A DNA stretch of 64,000 nucleotides, taken from positions 1,612,001 to 1,676,000 of the forward strand of contig CP158636.1 in the NCBI GenBank assembly GCA_050273025.1, written 5' to 3'. This DNA comes from Cenococcum geophilum. Lineage: Eukaryota. The notes below the pieces were generated by a model. That model saw only the letters and a program-made list of their open reading frames with translations, did not search any database and was not told the DNA's origin. Of the stretch, positions 51,992 through 64,000 are shown piece by piece. A program made the position numbers and the translations under genes. Position 1 is the stretch's first letter. Each line of letters begins with the position of its first letter.

Positions 51992-52411
51992 GCGTCCGTC
52001 CCTGGGTCGCCAGAAACCCACCATACCGGAAAATATAAGTAGTACTTTGACTTTAAGCAACTATAACTCTACGCACACGTTAAGCTTTACTATAATTCTA
52101 TACAAGTCGTATACTATAGCTACCTTTAAACATTTAGGACCCCTCCTACCTATAAATTACATTTGCATCATCGCCTTCGCGCCTAATTCGCAGAGAGCCT
52201 CCTTTTATAGCGTAATAATATCCCTTTACTACAGTACCACCATCAAGCTCTTACTACTTACGATACTTATATTAGGGTCTTATCTAAGCCTTAAAGCCTT
52301 ATTACGATAGTAGGAAGTCATTATTAGCATTATATCTGCTATAGCGCGTAAGTTAAAGTACCCCTTATATATCTCGGCATGGAGGGTATCTCGGCATATA
52401 GGGAGGGACGG
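51992..52411. mobile_element. 420-bp MITE of the ACGTCC-TIR family built from two right-type ends
   Basis: TA|gcgtccgtccctggg ... tagggagggacgg|TA. The reverse complement of 51992-52260 is homologous to 28690-28952. Confidence 0.75.
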
Positions 52412-54199
52412 TAATAGCTTTCTAAGCTTTGCCCTCTTATAGATAGTTAGTACTAATCTCCTAAATATTACCGCTCTACTTAAACACGCATACGCGACTT
52501 AGATCCTTATTAAGTTACCTCTTTCTATTAGCCTTAGAAGAGAACAGCAGATTTTATTTCGCGAAACATATATTATATTAATCGACATAATTAATAGACC
52601 ATGGTTATAAGGCAGGATATAGTTTCAAATAATACTTAGGAGGAGGAGGCAATTAAAACAGCAAGTAAAATCTTCAACTTATCAGAAGTCGTTTGCCTAG
52701 ACTACATACGCTATACCTTTATGTCTATAATATGCTTATAATCTTAAATTCAAGCAGCACTAGGAGCTCGGCAATTAACCCTTCCATTATCGCGTACAAA
52801 TACGCTATTTCCGTTTTCTTCCGTTATACTATTTATCTTCTCTATTAGTTTTATAAAGCATACGGACATTTTATACTTCTACTCACCAAGATTAATAGTA
52901 GACTTTTTAAACATATTGGGAGCACCCGTTATATAATTGCAAGTTAATTCCAATATATTGCTTTTTAAGGTATAGTCTAAACAGGAGCCAAAGGCACCGC
53001 CGCTACCCTATATTAGCACATATTTCTACTTTACTTCTTCCCTCCTTTCCCCTTAAGTAGTGGATTGGAGACTTACTTAAACAAATACCCTATATTCCCC
53101 ATAGCATTTGTAATGTATTAATCTAGATTTACGCTCAAAGGCATAGGCTCGGCATTAACCGATAAGCACGCGGCGCTAAATATATTACCCTTAAAGCTAA
53201 GATCAAAGCAATCTAGGAGATAGAAGCCAGCTAAGACGGTGTCTTAACACTGTGTAAGGGTTGGGGTAATAAGGAATAAGGAGACGAGTTAAGAGATAAC
53301 GCTAAGAAGGAGAGCGGAGCTAAAAGTTCATAAGGGATATATTGCCGGGATTATAAATACGTTATAGGATAGAAGGTAATAAATCTCGGTTTCGCGTGTT
53401 TTTTTTTAGGGGGGAGCGGATTTTGTATAATTACTAATAAGTTAAAAACGGACGTCCTTTTATACTCGCTTAATTATTATTTAAGCATCTATTTATAGAT
53501 AGGATATAGGGATTAAATAATAGAAAGGACAACTAATTTTAAGCGCAGCCACAAAATATATCTTAAAATAAAGAAGTATCTTAGGGATGCTAAGGGGGCC
53601 AAATATGGTCCCCTTAACATAAATAGCAACAGGAAAACATCTTTAGCTATATTAGTTCCGCGGTCTTATCTAGCTTACGTAGCCTATTAATGCCCATAGA
53701 GTAACCCAATTAGGACGCTTAGCCGCATTAGCCACCGTATACAAGATAACGGCAATTGCAAATGCCGACAGCTAAAGTAACATTATACTAGTTCTTATTT
53801 AAACATCCAAAATCCCTAAAAAGGTATTACGCGGTTAGGGCATTACGTTTTCGCCACTTATACTTAGTTCTAACCATAAGGGACTTAGATACTGCTAATT
53901 ATTTATATATATTTAAATAAAGTGCTAACTAACCCAAAACCAAACGCCATAAAGAACTGCGTGCATTCTAAGCTATCTAAGAAAATTTATACTTCCGCTA
54001 ACTCACGCCGTTAGTAGTTAGACCTTCCTAACACAGCCTTCCAACATATTACAACGAAACATCCCTATAAAGCGCCCTTTTTCTCCGCTGGTTATACTCC
54101 CAGTTCTTAATTAAAGTGTTTTTTTATAAATAGCTATTACAATCTCTAAATATGACCTTTAGCACCCCTAATTTCCGCCTCCATCGCCTATCCTTCATT

Positions 54200-55132
54200 C
54201 TTACAATATATTCTTAAATAACAGCCGGTATAAGAGCAGTTAGTAATGTTATCACAATAGCATAGCAGAGAGCTCCTAAATATAATCTACTTACCTTACC
54301 TTTCTCTATCTTAATCTCGGATAACAGTTCCTTAGTCTTTAACTAGAAAATATACAAAACAATAGCAGGTATAAAGAGAGGGATATAATATACTATACCT
54401 AATACTAAATAAATTACTACCCTTAATTAAACGCTAAGCCTTAGAAGAATAGCCACGATATAAAATAAGCGGCCAAATATTAAACAGAAGAATATAGTGG
54501 CTAAGATAAGCATCAAAACTAGCCCTATAATTAAGCAGTCCTAAATATATACAAAAGTAACTTTCGTTAAAATCCCTTCTAGAGATTAAAGGTCATTAAG
54601 TTAGTCTCTAAAAAAGCTTTTAACCTCTTCTGGCACTATATTAGAGAGAGTTAATGGCAAGTTATTATATATTATATTATAAGTAAATCCGACACAGAAT
54701 TATTTCGTGCCTAGTAAGCAATTTTTAGGAATTAATTCCTCAATGGCTTTAGAAATAGCTATAGCGGCAGCATTTACGGCGCTTTACACTTGGCTAATAG
54801 CACCAGGGATAGCCGTCGCAACGCTATTAGCAACACTCACAACTTTGGTCTAAAAAGATTAAAGGATGTCTCGCTTTAGAAGGGCGCGTAGCATAATAAA
54901 GGGATTATCTAGAGGTTTAATAGTAAAATTAAACTAAATTTAAGAACCTATTAGTTAAAGCCACTCGTAAAAATCCGGATAGAGAGTAATGTCTTATACT
55001 TAAGGTTATAATACCTACTTTTATATTACTTTCCTTATATAGTACCTGCAGCGCTAGAACTATATAATAGATAGCGGTAAGCATAAAGGTGACTAAGACA
55101 CCTCGCTTTAGCCACATTCCTTCCTTCGCCAT
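54200..55132 (-). pseudogene. Membrane protein relic, possibly SUR7/PalI-like
   Basis: N-terminal hydrophobic segment, IPKNCLLGTK*FCVGF Cys/Gly motif, then several hydrophobic stretches. Confidence 0.4.
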
Positions 55133-55899
55133 AGTAAGAGGATAATAGACTTTAAGAGAATGCTTTAAAACTAGTTATATTAAAATAGGAATAGGCCAGT
55201 TCCTATATAAATTCTTCTAATACTTATACAAAAACTTCTAGTCCTAAAAATGGTCCTAAGTAATATAAAAATAGCTAACCTATAGCGATGTAACGGGGGC
55301 CTAGAATTAGGCCCTTTCTATTTTTTTTATAAATTAACATTATTAGATAATTTCACAAAATCCATGCTAGAAATATGTATATATTATACTATCTCATCTC
55401 CTTATTAACTAACAACATCTCTAATCATTAGTATGTGCATTTTTATTATTATTAAACGCCTATTATAGGCTATAGCCTTTACTAGGTCTTAACCTATGCT
55501 CTAAAACCGTTTAAAAACCCACATCTATCGTTTTTCTCATTGGGTTTTTAATTGGGCCTATAAATATCAACCAACGGAATCAAGTGCCTTAACCCAAGAA
55601 CCCCCACCGCAATACTTAATGCTTAATAGCAGGAATAACGCAGACGGCGTATTCCTAAACATTACCATACGTCTATATAATAATATCAATTTAGGTAGCG
55701 AGTCATTGGCGTTACCACACGATAACAGCAGTTCCGAGGAAAGAATTTCGCTTAGGTTGTTAAGCCCTAGGAAGTACTTACTTAAGTAAAGCGTTAATAG
55801 CTAGGAATCTTTATAAATTATAACTACTTACTAGTCTAAAGTTAAGGATATATCTCTTTCTTAAGTTAAAGCGCGAAGCCTAACGCCTAATCACTCGTT

Positions 55900-56760
55900 A
55901 TATTTTTAAAGCAGTTCCTATACTTAGTGTAACTAAAACGGAGAAAAGAACGCTTTTTTTTCTATACTCTTTCATTCCCACTTTATATGCTTACTTACTC
56001 GCTCGCTCTTATAACCTTCCAAATATCTCTTATTCTTATAGCGAATTTTATATACTTAAATTTTTTAACTATCTAAATTACTAGCTTAGATTAGGGATTT
56101 AACTTAACAAAAGACCTCGCAACCTCTTAGAGGCGCTTAGGTCTTTAACTCCTCTAATAGGAGCCCGATTAAATTAAGCCCTTAAATATACTTTATTACG
56201 CTATCCTAAGCCTTCTATTAAAGTTGCTAGTTAGTATTCCTAAGCCAACTTACTTCTTCCTCTGCCTACTGCCTAAGCTCTATCTCTATAAATATCTCAT
56301 CTCTTAATTTACTTAACTCTTAAGCTAACCTAGCATTTTCCGTTTATAGCTTATTAATTTTTATACTAAAGCTAACCTCTAAGTAGTTTAGCGTTTATAA
56401 GAAGTTAGGAAACCTAATAATTTAAAACATCTCGCACACATTTACCGATATTATAACGCCTTACGCTTTTATAGAGTTTATCTTTACAGTAGCTGTAACC
56501 TATACGGCCTTAAACGTTATGCTAACTCCTTTATATAATTCCTTATAAGCACCAATAGAATAATCGCTTATATTTTTTAAAAAAATTCTTAAGAATAGTT
56601 CCTCCTTTTCTAGCAGTACTCTCCAAATATAAGGATCGTCTAGGCTAGGAATAAGACGGACTTACAACGGCTCTATTATAATTCCCAACTTACTCCCTAT
56701 AGAAGCGTTAGTTATAATTAAATAGAGCTTACTCGGTCTTACCTATATGTTTTAATAATT
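55900..56760 (-). pseudogene. Unknown fungal protein relic with coiled-coil C-terminus
   Basis: Coding-like frame KLGIIIEPL*VRLIPSLDDPYIWRVL at 56610-56695. Family not identified. Confidence 0.35.
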
Positions 56761-58479
56761 ACTCCTAGCACTTATTCCTCCACTTTCCGCGTTTAATGTT
56801 ACTCAATTATATTAAAGCCATTTTAGTTTATACCTCTACAATCCGCAAAAAAACAAATAAAAGATTTATTTATTTATTTAAACCAAGTAATATAAGGCTG
56901 CTTAGCTTGGCATAAAAACGATATAGGTTTTAATAGAATACGATTTAGGGCCCTGGAACTAGTCCTAGGATACCTATTTTAAATAGGGTACCTTTTCCAG
57001 GAACCTTCTATTTATAGCATAACCAAGATACACTATAGAAAAGACGATAGCGCAAAATTTTTAAGAGGCAAATGGTAGCAATACCAAAATTAGCGTAGGT
57101 CTATGTTACTGCATTAATTCTTATCACTTAGAATTTAAGAACTCTAGTCCATATAGTAGGGACATAATTAGGGGCGTAAATCTCTATTAGTAAACTATAA
57201 CTATAACTATTAAAGGCATTCTTAAAGTATCCTTAATAAAGTTAAAAGTTAAAGGAAAAGGGGAAAAAATTATAATAGAAAATAGTGCCTAATATATCCG
57301 TCTAATTATGGAGTTATAGGCTCAACCTTAAACCCAATAGGGAGTAAGAGTAGTAATTAAACAATAATCTCTTAAACCCCGGCCACGGTTATTCTAAGAC
57401 ACTAAGGCGCTTCCGGGCTTTAAAGGCCTTAATTAGATTATTATATATATCTATCTTATCTTCCTAAGTGTTTTTACTATCAGAATACCCTTTCTACTTA
57501 ACTAGATACTAGACTTTCCTATATCTACTAACTCGGCGGAGGCGCTTTTCAACTAGCCGTTTAACAGTAAACTGGTTATCCTCCGCGTCTACAGGGGCAA
57601 GTAGGCTAATATCTTAAATAGCTTATATAGAGGTTGATTCTCCAATATTACACTTAGTATATTTAGCTAATAATAGTAAGCTATTAATCCGTAGATTGGA
57701 AGTAGAGGTATATCCTAAGTATACGCTATAAGGGGTTATACTGGAATTAATATACCCAGGGCTAAGTAGATTAGCGCTATTAAGAACAACTAAAGCATCT
57801 AAAGCGCTATACTCCTGCTTCCTAATCTCCATGCATTCTAAGCTTAGAGTAGCATTAGTTAAGTCCTCTAGTTTCACGCCGCAAAATAAGGCTTTAATAG
57901 CCGAATGGTCCTCTATATCTCTTACATATATAAGACAATCTATACCCTAGTTAGACGTAATAATCTTAGCCGTTAGTCATTAATACATACGCGAAGTTAA
58001 AGTTGTATTAAAATCTTTTTAATTTAGAGTAAGCGTTCTATCTTTATTAGGGTTTATAAGGTCTACTATATTAATTACATTATACTCGGACATTATACTA
58101 CTCCAGGTAGCCACTTAAGGGAGAAGTCTAGGGTTAATTATCTTAAGTATTCCACTGCACACAGATAGCGGCGGGGTGTTAGTACTAGGAAAGCTTCCGT
58201 TCTTAGTCTAGCCACTACTTATATAACTGCCGAAATCTGACATTAAACGGCTTAAGGGTGTTATAGATCTATTAGACAGGCATTAGCTAATACTTTCTAT
58301 TGTCTCGTTAATAAAACCGTATCCCACTTTAGCTGGAGCTTTATTACCTATACTTAATTCCTTCTTATAGCCGGACCTCTGCCTCTTAACTTCGGCCGAC
58401 TGTATTTCTACCTCGCAGTCTTCTTTCAATCTTTTTAGTGATTTTGGTTCCTTAATAAAGTCGAGGCAATAAATATCCT

Positions 58480-58641
58480 TGTCGGGAATGAGGCAAGCGG
58501 TCGTCACGTGTCGACGTGGCCCTAGCGTGGTGAGGAACCTTAAGTTCCTCACCCCTTTCCTTATTCCTAAAAACAAGAAGAACAATAATTATCATACTAT
58601 CTACGAACCGTAGCTACGTGATATCCCCTTGTGATCCAACA
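58480..58641 (+). repeat. 5' LTR
   Basis: tgtcgggaatgagg...gtgatccaaca. Confidence 0.95.
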
Positions 58642-59075
58642 CTGATTAGTGGTTAACTTCACTGTTATACCACAGAACAGCAAGGTTTTCACCAAGAAGA
58701 GACGAGCTACTATACCAGTGCTACTCGTGCTAAAGGAAGCTGTCTTTTAAGGTTAGAACTGGTCCTAAACCTTAAATAGAACTCTTCCACGAATCCAAGG
58801 ATCTAAAGGCCAGAACTAGTCCTAAGCCTTCCCCAGATTACAGATTCTTGCGTCCATTACGCAGAACAATACGCTTTACGAGTCTTCGCGATTTAAGGCC
58901 AGAACTGGTCCTGAGCCCTATAATCGCAAATATACGTCCAAACGCGTACTAAACGACGAATGCGTACTAAATGACGAACGCGTACTAAACGACAACCCCT
59001 ATACTAAACGACAATCCCTATACCAAACGACAATCCCTATACCAATAACATCTCCCTCCCTCCAAAGACATAACT

Positions 59076-60509
59076 ATGGCTATTCTAAATAACTGGAGAG
59101 ACTCCTTACCACCAGGGGTAGCTACATACGCGAAACTTATCAACGAAAATTGGGACGAATTTACCCTTAATATAATAACTTGTACCGCAAAACAAGTTAA
59201 CGGCTTTCTCCTATACCGTATTCTATTTTACTAAAGTAGATACTACACCGATTTACAGCTATGGGAATATTTTAGGGAGGATTTTATAGGATGGACTGCC
59301 AACACCTGGGCACTTGGTAATATTTATATTATTCAAGATTTTCGAGACTTCCTTCGGGAGAAAGGAGTATTTGTCCCTATAAACGGGGGTACTATTAGAG
59401 ACAATATTCAGCAAGTCCTTGACGCAGAAGAAGAGCACGAATGGACTCCACAAGAGATTGAGCACTAAAAGAAGTTTAACTCTTGAGGGAATCCTAATAA
59501 CGGACAGCCATAAGCAACACTACAGACAACCTTAGGCTATTAAACACCTTAAGTTCCTCAGGCTGCCGTATCTTAACCCGTGCCTCAAGCTCCGCAATAA
59601 GCTCCGCATTAAGCTCCGCAACAAGCTCCGAAGCAACCTCCACAGCAACCACAACCTCCGCAGCAATATCCGCAACAACCTCCGCAGTAATATCCGCAAT
59701 AACCTCCGCAGCAATATCCGCAGCAACCTCCGCGGCAACATCCGCAGCAACCTCCGCAACAACCCCCGCAACGTAAGCAAGCGCAAGATCCCCTTGCTTT
59801 GAGATCTAATAACCTCCAAACCCTGCCACAGCAAGATCAGGAGAAGAAGTTCAGCGGGGAATTAGAATACGGCAGAGGGTACGATCAATGTCAACCACAA
59901 AGCAATCGTGGAGGTCCTTGTAGAGGTCCTCGTGGAGGTCCTGGTGGAGATCCTCGTGGAGGTCCTGGTGGAGATCCTCGTGGAGATTCTCGTAGAGGTC
60001 CTCGTGGAGGTCCTCGCAGAGGTCCTTATAGAGGTTCTCATAGAGGTCCTTGTGGAGGTCCTTGTGGAGGTCCTCATAGAGGTCCTCATGGAGGTCCTCG
60101 TGGAGGTCCTCATGGAGGTCCTCGCAGAGGTTCTCGTGGAGGTCCTGGTAGAGGTCCTCGCAGAGGTTCTCGTGGAGGTCCTGGTAGAGGTCCTCGCAGA
60201 GGTTCTCGTGGAGACCCTTATAGAGGTTCTCGTGGAGACCCTCATGGAGATCCTCATGGAGGTCCTGGTAGAGGTCCTCGCAGAGGTTCTCGTGGAGGTC
60301 CTCGCAGAGGTCCTCGTGGAGGTCCTGGTAGAGGTCCTGGTAGAGGTCCTCATGGAGGTTCTCGTAGAGGTCCTCATGGAGGTCCTCGCAGAGGTTCTCG
60401 TGGAGGTCCTCGTGGAGGTCCTAGTAGAGGTCCTCATGGAGGTTCTCGTAGAGGTCCTCGTAGAGGTCCTCGTAGAGCATCAAGAACTCTTTGGGATTCG
60501 ATGGATTAG
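59076..60509 (+). pseudogene. gag-like frame with P/Q-rich and RGG/RGP-rich low-complexity tail
   Basis: ATG at 59076 is in frame with the ORF-track ORF 59799-60509. The intervening stops are TAA/TAG/TGA of RIP type. Includes LWEYFREDF*GW. Confidence 0.65.
59907..60478 (+). repeat. 12-bp tandem array (gaggtcctcgtg variants), ~47 units
   Basis: Directly visible. Open in three frames. Confidence 0.95.
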
Positions 60510-60908
60510 TGGCCAAGACAACCCGGCAGATGCGATGACAAAGGCAATTCAAGAGCATTCCTATTGGTCGACTGTCGTTCCCATTTGCTCGAGCTAGCCG
60601 TATCCAGTTACGCTCCGCTAGCTCCGCAACCCTATTTTAACGACACAGTTTCCTAGGGCGTACTACCTGCCAAATTCCTACTATACTCTGCCGACCCTAA
60701 CTTCTGCTAGCCAATTAGGATTTTCCATGCCCGGCATGGAAAATCGCTATTGGCTCGCTTACTACTAGCGCCTTGGCGACTCCCTTTGTATTTTCGTTAA
60801 ACCTAACGTCCTTCTTTATCTTCTTCTTCTTCTCCTTAGCTTTGTATCTTTATATAGTGGCAATCTACAAGTGTATATAGATGGCAACCACAAAAGAAGA
60901 GTTGCTAG

Positions 60909-61070
60909 TGTCGGGAATGAGGCAAGCGGTTGTCACGTGTCGACGTGGCCCTAGCGTGGTGAGGAACCTTAAGTTCCTCACCCCTTTCCTTATTCCTAAA
61001 AACAAGAAGAACAACAATTATCATACTATCTACGAACCGTAGCTACGTGATATCCCCTTGTGATCCAACA
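60909..61070 (+). repeat. 3' LTR
   Basis: Near-identical to 58480-58641. Confidence 0.95.
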
Positions 61071-64000
61071 ATCCTAGAGATAGAATTTCAGCTTCCTAAC
61101 TAAATTAAATGTCGCCCTGCATTATAAACCTAGGTAAGGGCAATTTAGCGGTTTACTCTCATCTAGGGTTTCTATATACCTATAGATATGCTCTTTCTAT
61201 ATAGCCCGTTTTAGGAATTAATATATCCGCACTATAGCTAGCGCAGTACCACCAAGGCAAAAAGGACAGTAGCCGGTAGTGGCGAGCACCCTATTGTATA
61301 TAAGAGGGTTGTATTAAATAGGAAGTGTCTTATAGTCGTCCAGATACGCTTAGCAGTGGCCGCTCCATTATACCTCCCTAAAAATCCACTGGTTATATTG
61401 GAAGCATAGCTTAGAAAAGCCATTGTAACTCTTCTTATAGCAGTTATATATATACCTCCAATTATAAGTTATCTTCGTCTTCGTATCGTTAAGCGGAGAT
61501 TAAGCTGTCTTCCGCTAGCCTGCTAAGTTAGAGCAATAGCACTTCTCTAGCTCCAAGCCCGGTTAAAACTCTACTTCGGCATCCTTTTAATATAGTATAA
61601 CCATATCGCGGAGAGCGTCAAGACCTATAGGGCTCCGCAAGGTAGCGACCTTAAAAAGTATAGATATAAGGCGGTCCCGTTTAGGCATAAAAAATTAAGT
61701 TCGGTTAAATATAGTCCGGTAATAGTATAGTAAGGTATTATCCTTATCGCCAACATCCGGTCTATACGGCTGCACCTTCTACCACTTACGGAGTTCTTTA
61801 GTAGTTAGCTTGCGTTTCTGCGTATAAAGCTCCTTTTAACGGGTTATAGAGTTTGCGTCCTTCTTCCCTTTTAGAGCGGTAACCTCCTCCTCTATATTAA
61901 TATATTTTAAGCTATTCTTAAATTTATACTGCTTCTCCGCTAGAAGAGATTGCCACAGTTTTAGGTTATAAGGGAGAGATAAACCGCGGAAGAGGTTATT
62001 AATAATGCTACGTAGCTTAGTACCGAAGTAGCTCGCCTAGCCATCTATGCCACTATTATTAGGCATATAGTAATTATTAAACGTATTCGAATCTCTCTGC
62101 CCGGTATGCTTTATTCTTTAAGCGGCTAAATACAGCTTATCTTTACCAGAAATTAATTAGTAAGTAGCCTAAAGATGGAAGGAACAACTATATATATACT
62201 AATCTAGTATAAGCCCTCCGCCCTAAAGTCGTAAATTATAGGCGGCTAAGGGTATCCTATACGGATGCCTAGCGCTCTAAGGCGGAAGCTAAATGCGTTT
62301 ACCTTCTCGATTTTCTGTCTTACGGACATGCTTTTAAAAAAAGGTATATTAAGCACACTTTCTTTCCATTATAAATAAAGTATCTCCCCCTCCGGTGGTA
62401 CTATATTAAGGAGCTCTTTAATAGTATTATAGTCCCTAAACGCCTTTACTGCGATAAGTATGGCCAGTATTAGGAGCATAAGGCTGTAAATAAGAGGCAT
62501 TGCTACCATGCCCTCGTATAGAGAGTATTCTGGCCTGCCAATATAAGAATTAGAACTGCTACTTAACTTAATAGGCTAAGCAACCTAGCGCTTACCTCTT
62601 ATCTAGTATTGTGGTTATATTCTTAGCATCTTAAACAATTTAAACAGCAAACTCTATATTTCCGTACTTATTGCGAAATACTGCGAAAGTTACATCCTAT
62701 ATTATAACTAAGTTAATTTATTTGCCTACTACACTATATATATATACGTATTAGGGAGGAAGGGGGGGGGTTTCCTTACCTTATAGTGCAAACCCCGGCC
62801 AGAACCCGCTTAATAGCTAGACTTAATATACTCGCCAACTTGCGTAGAAGAATAAACAATGGCTATAAGGTCCGCCTAATCGTTTACTCTTATTACCGGT
62901 CGTTTATACGCAACCCAATCTGCCGTCTATAGCTGCCTTCCTAAATAAATAAAGTGGTTCTTAGTTGTAAACCTTCTCAGCCTTTTTTTCCTAGGCATTT
63001 TTAGATTATCGGCTAGTAGGCCTTTAATAAACTAAATAAGATTAGAACTCTAATAAGGAGAAAATAGGGAAATATAGATGGAATATATATTTATAACAGA
63101 GAGGGTTATATTCGTGGGTATTGCGGTATTAATACAACGCCAACTAGCTATAAATTCTTTCTAGTACTAGCCAACGGTATCTAAGGCTGCCGTTAGATTA
63201 TCCTTAACGCCATTAATACTATATGCCATATTCTTAACGAAATCTTTTAAGGATGCTAGGTTATATAGAGAAGAACTAGGATTTTCTTTAGCGAATCTAT
63301 TTAGTAAAGGGTTAGAGCGGAATAGAATCTAACCGCCATAGTACGCTAATTATAACTTACTAGTACCATAGCTCTACCTTTCTAAGATAAGCTTTCTCTG
63401 TCTTTAGCTTAAGACGCTTTTAAACTTCAGTGCCGTCTATACCCTCCCTGCTTTGGTTAGAGCCCTTTACCCTTACTACGGCGAGGAACTCGCGAGGGTC
63501 CTTCTTTCTTAGCATTTTATAGAGAAACGGATAAAGTAAGCAGAAGCTAATATAAAGAAGGGAGGAAAGAGGAATATAAAGATAAGCTTATAGGAACAGA
63601 CGGGCGAGCTACAGAGTAGCAGGTAAAAAAAAAGAGAGAGAGAGAGAGAGAGAAGATAGGATAAAAATTAAGCGGTAGGTAGGTAGAACGGAGTAAACGG
63701 ACGCGACTAGAGGAGATCTTATAGCAAGAGATAAGGCACCTCCTCTTTAACTAACACCTTTAGGGACGCTATGTTATATACGGGCGCAGCTTAGGACGGG
63801 CGAATGCTCTATTTTAAGGGGGGCCTAGTTTTAAGAACCCTATAGGCCCAAAACGCGGCCCTTAAGATTGTTATATAGAGTTAACAATTTGCATCAGTAA
63901 GGACGTAGCACTTTTAAGGCATAATTGGTTAATAGGATGGAAAAGCAGCAACGTAACTAAGCAGCCTAAGCATGACCTAAGCGGGAGGGTAAGCAGCCTA

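Larger units (their letters stand above)
58480..61070 (+). mobile_element. Non-autonomous Copia-derived LTR retroelement (2.6 kb)
   Basis: Two 162-bp TG...CA LTRs differing at 2 C/T sites, TSD atcct, gag-like frame, Copia RNase H tail IRWISGQDNPADAMTK, and a purine tract before the 3' LTR. No protease, integrase or RT. Confidence 0.92.
58283..63515 (-). pseudogene. DUF3435 tyrosine recombinase (Starship captain), RIP-inactivated and split by an LTR element
   Basis: ATG at 63515 (MLKKKDPREFLA). PEYSLYEG..MPLIYS.ML.ILA.LIA.KAFRDY.TI.ELL, PPIIYDFRAEG (H-x-x-R box HDFR), KHTGQRDSNTF..YYMP..SGIDG*ASYFG...IINNLFRG. A C-terminal C2H2-like motif CRATF...LKFYL*DIYC reads across the insertion site. 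Confidence 0.88.
1..63900 (-). mobile_element. Degenerate Starship giant transposon (captain-proximal part); boundaries not resolved
   Basis: DUF3435 captain on the minus strand at the right end, with DUF3723, NLR, kinase-like and other cargo-type relics downstream (leftward). How far the element extends to the left is inference. Confidence 0.7.
1..64000. other. RIP-mutated AT-rich fungal repeat/accessory region
   Basis: Pervasive TA dinucleotides and scarce CA/TG. In recognisable proteins, conserved Gln/Trp/Arg codons read TAA/TAG, ATG reads ATA and His reads Tyr. Repeat copies differ almost only by C/T and G/A transitions. Confidence 0.95.

Noticed and set aside
12772..52411. Apparent conserved protein motif F/Y-x-S-A-W-x-V-S-R-x-x-G-R-D at 12772-12830, 28890-28952, 30117-30180 and 52350-52411
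   Set aside because: All copies end at the same base followed by TA and occur as inverted pairs. They are transposon TIRs, and the peptide reading is incidental.
59532..60597. Overlapping VEVL-, RTST- and LLRR-repeat ORFs
   Set aside because: Alternative frames of 12-bp arrays. Only the RGG frame is continuous with the gag ATG, and only the last codons of the VEVL ORF are real (RNase H tail).

Overview
AT-rich DNA from a filamentous ascomycete, almost entirely mutated by repeat-induced point mutation (RIP): TpA excess, CpA/TpG loss, and Gln/Trp/Arg codons turned to stops. No intact gene is visible, and most ORF-track entries are antisense shadows of repeats. Reading through the C>T/G>A changes, the window looks like the captain-proximal part of a dead Starship giant transposon on the minus strand. 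It has a DUF3435 tyrosine-recombinase captain (63515 to ~58283) split by a young Copia-derived LTR element, a DUF3723 gene, and cargo relics (pseudokinase, nucleoside deoxyribosyltransferase-like, ferritin-like, Ulp1-like protease). Nested elements include a Tad-like LINE, a DIRS/Ngaro-type retroelement, six solo LTRs from three families and several MITEs. The most striking structure is a TA-flanked TIR family with termini ACGTCC[C/G]TCCC. One member (12772-28952) carries its own pogo/Fot1 transposase plus a NACHT-WD40 NLR and a SesB-like hydrolase bracketed by internal 250-bp inverted repeats. A second (30117-32560) carries an unrelated unknown gene, and a third is a 420-bp MITE. All protein calls come from manual translation and motif recognition, with no database search. 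Gene boundaries are approximate.
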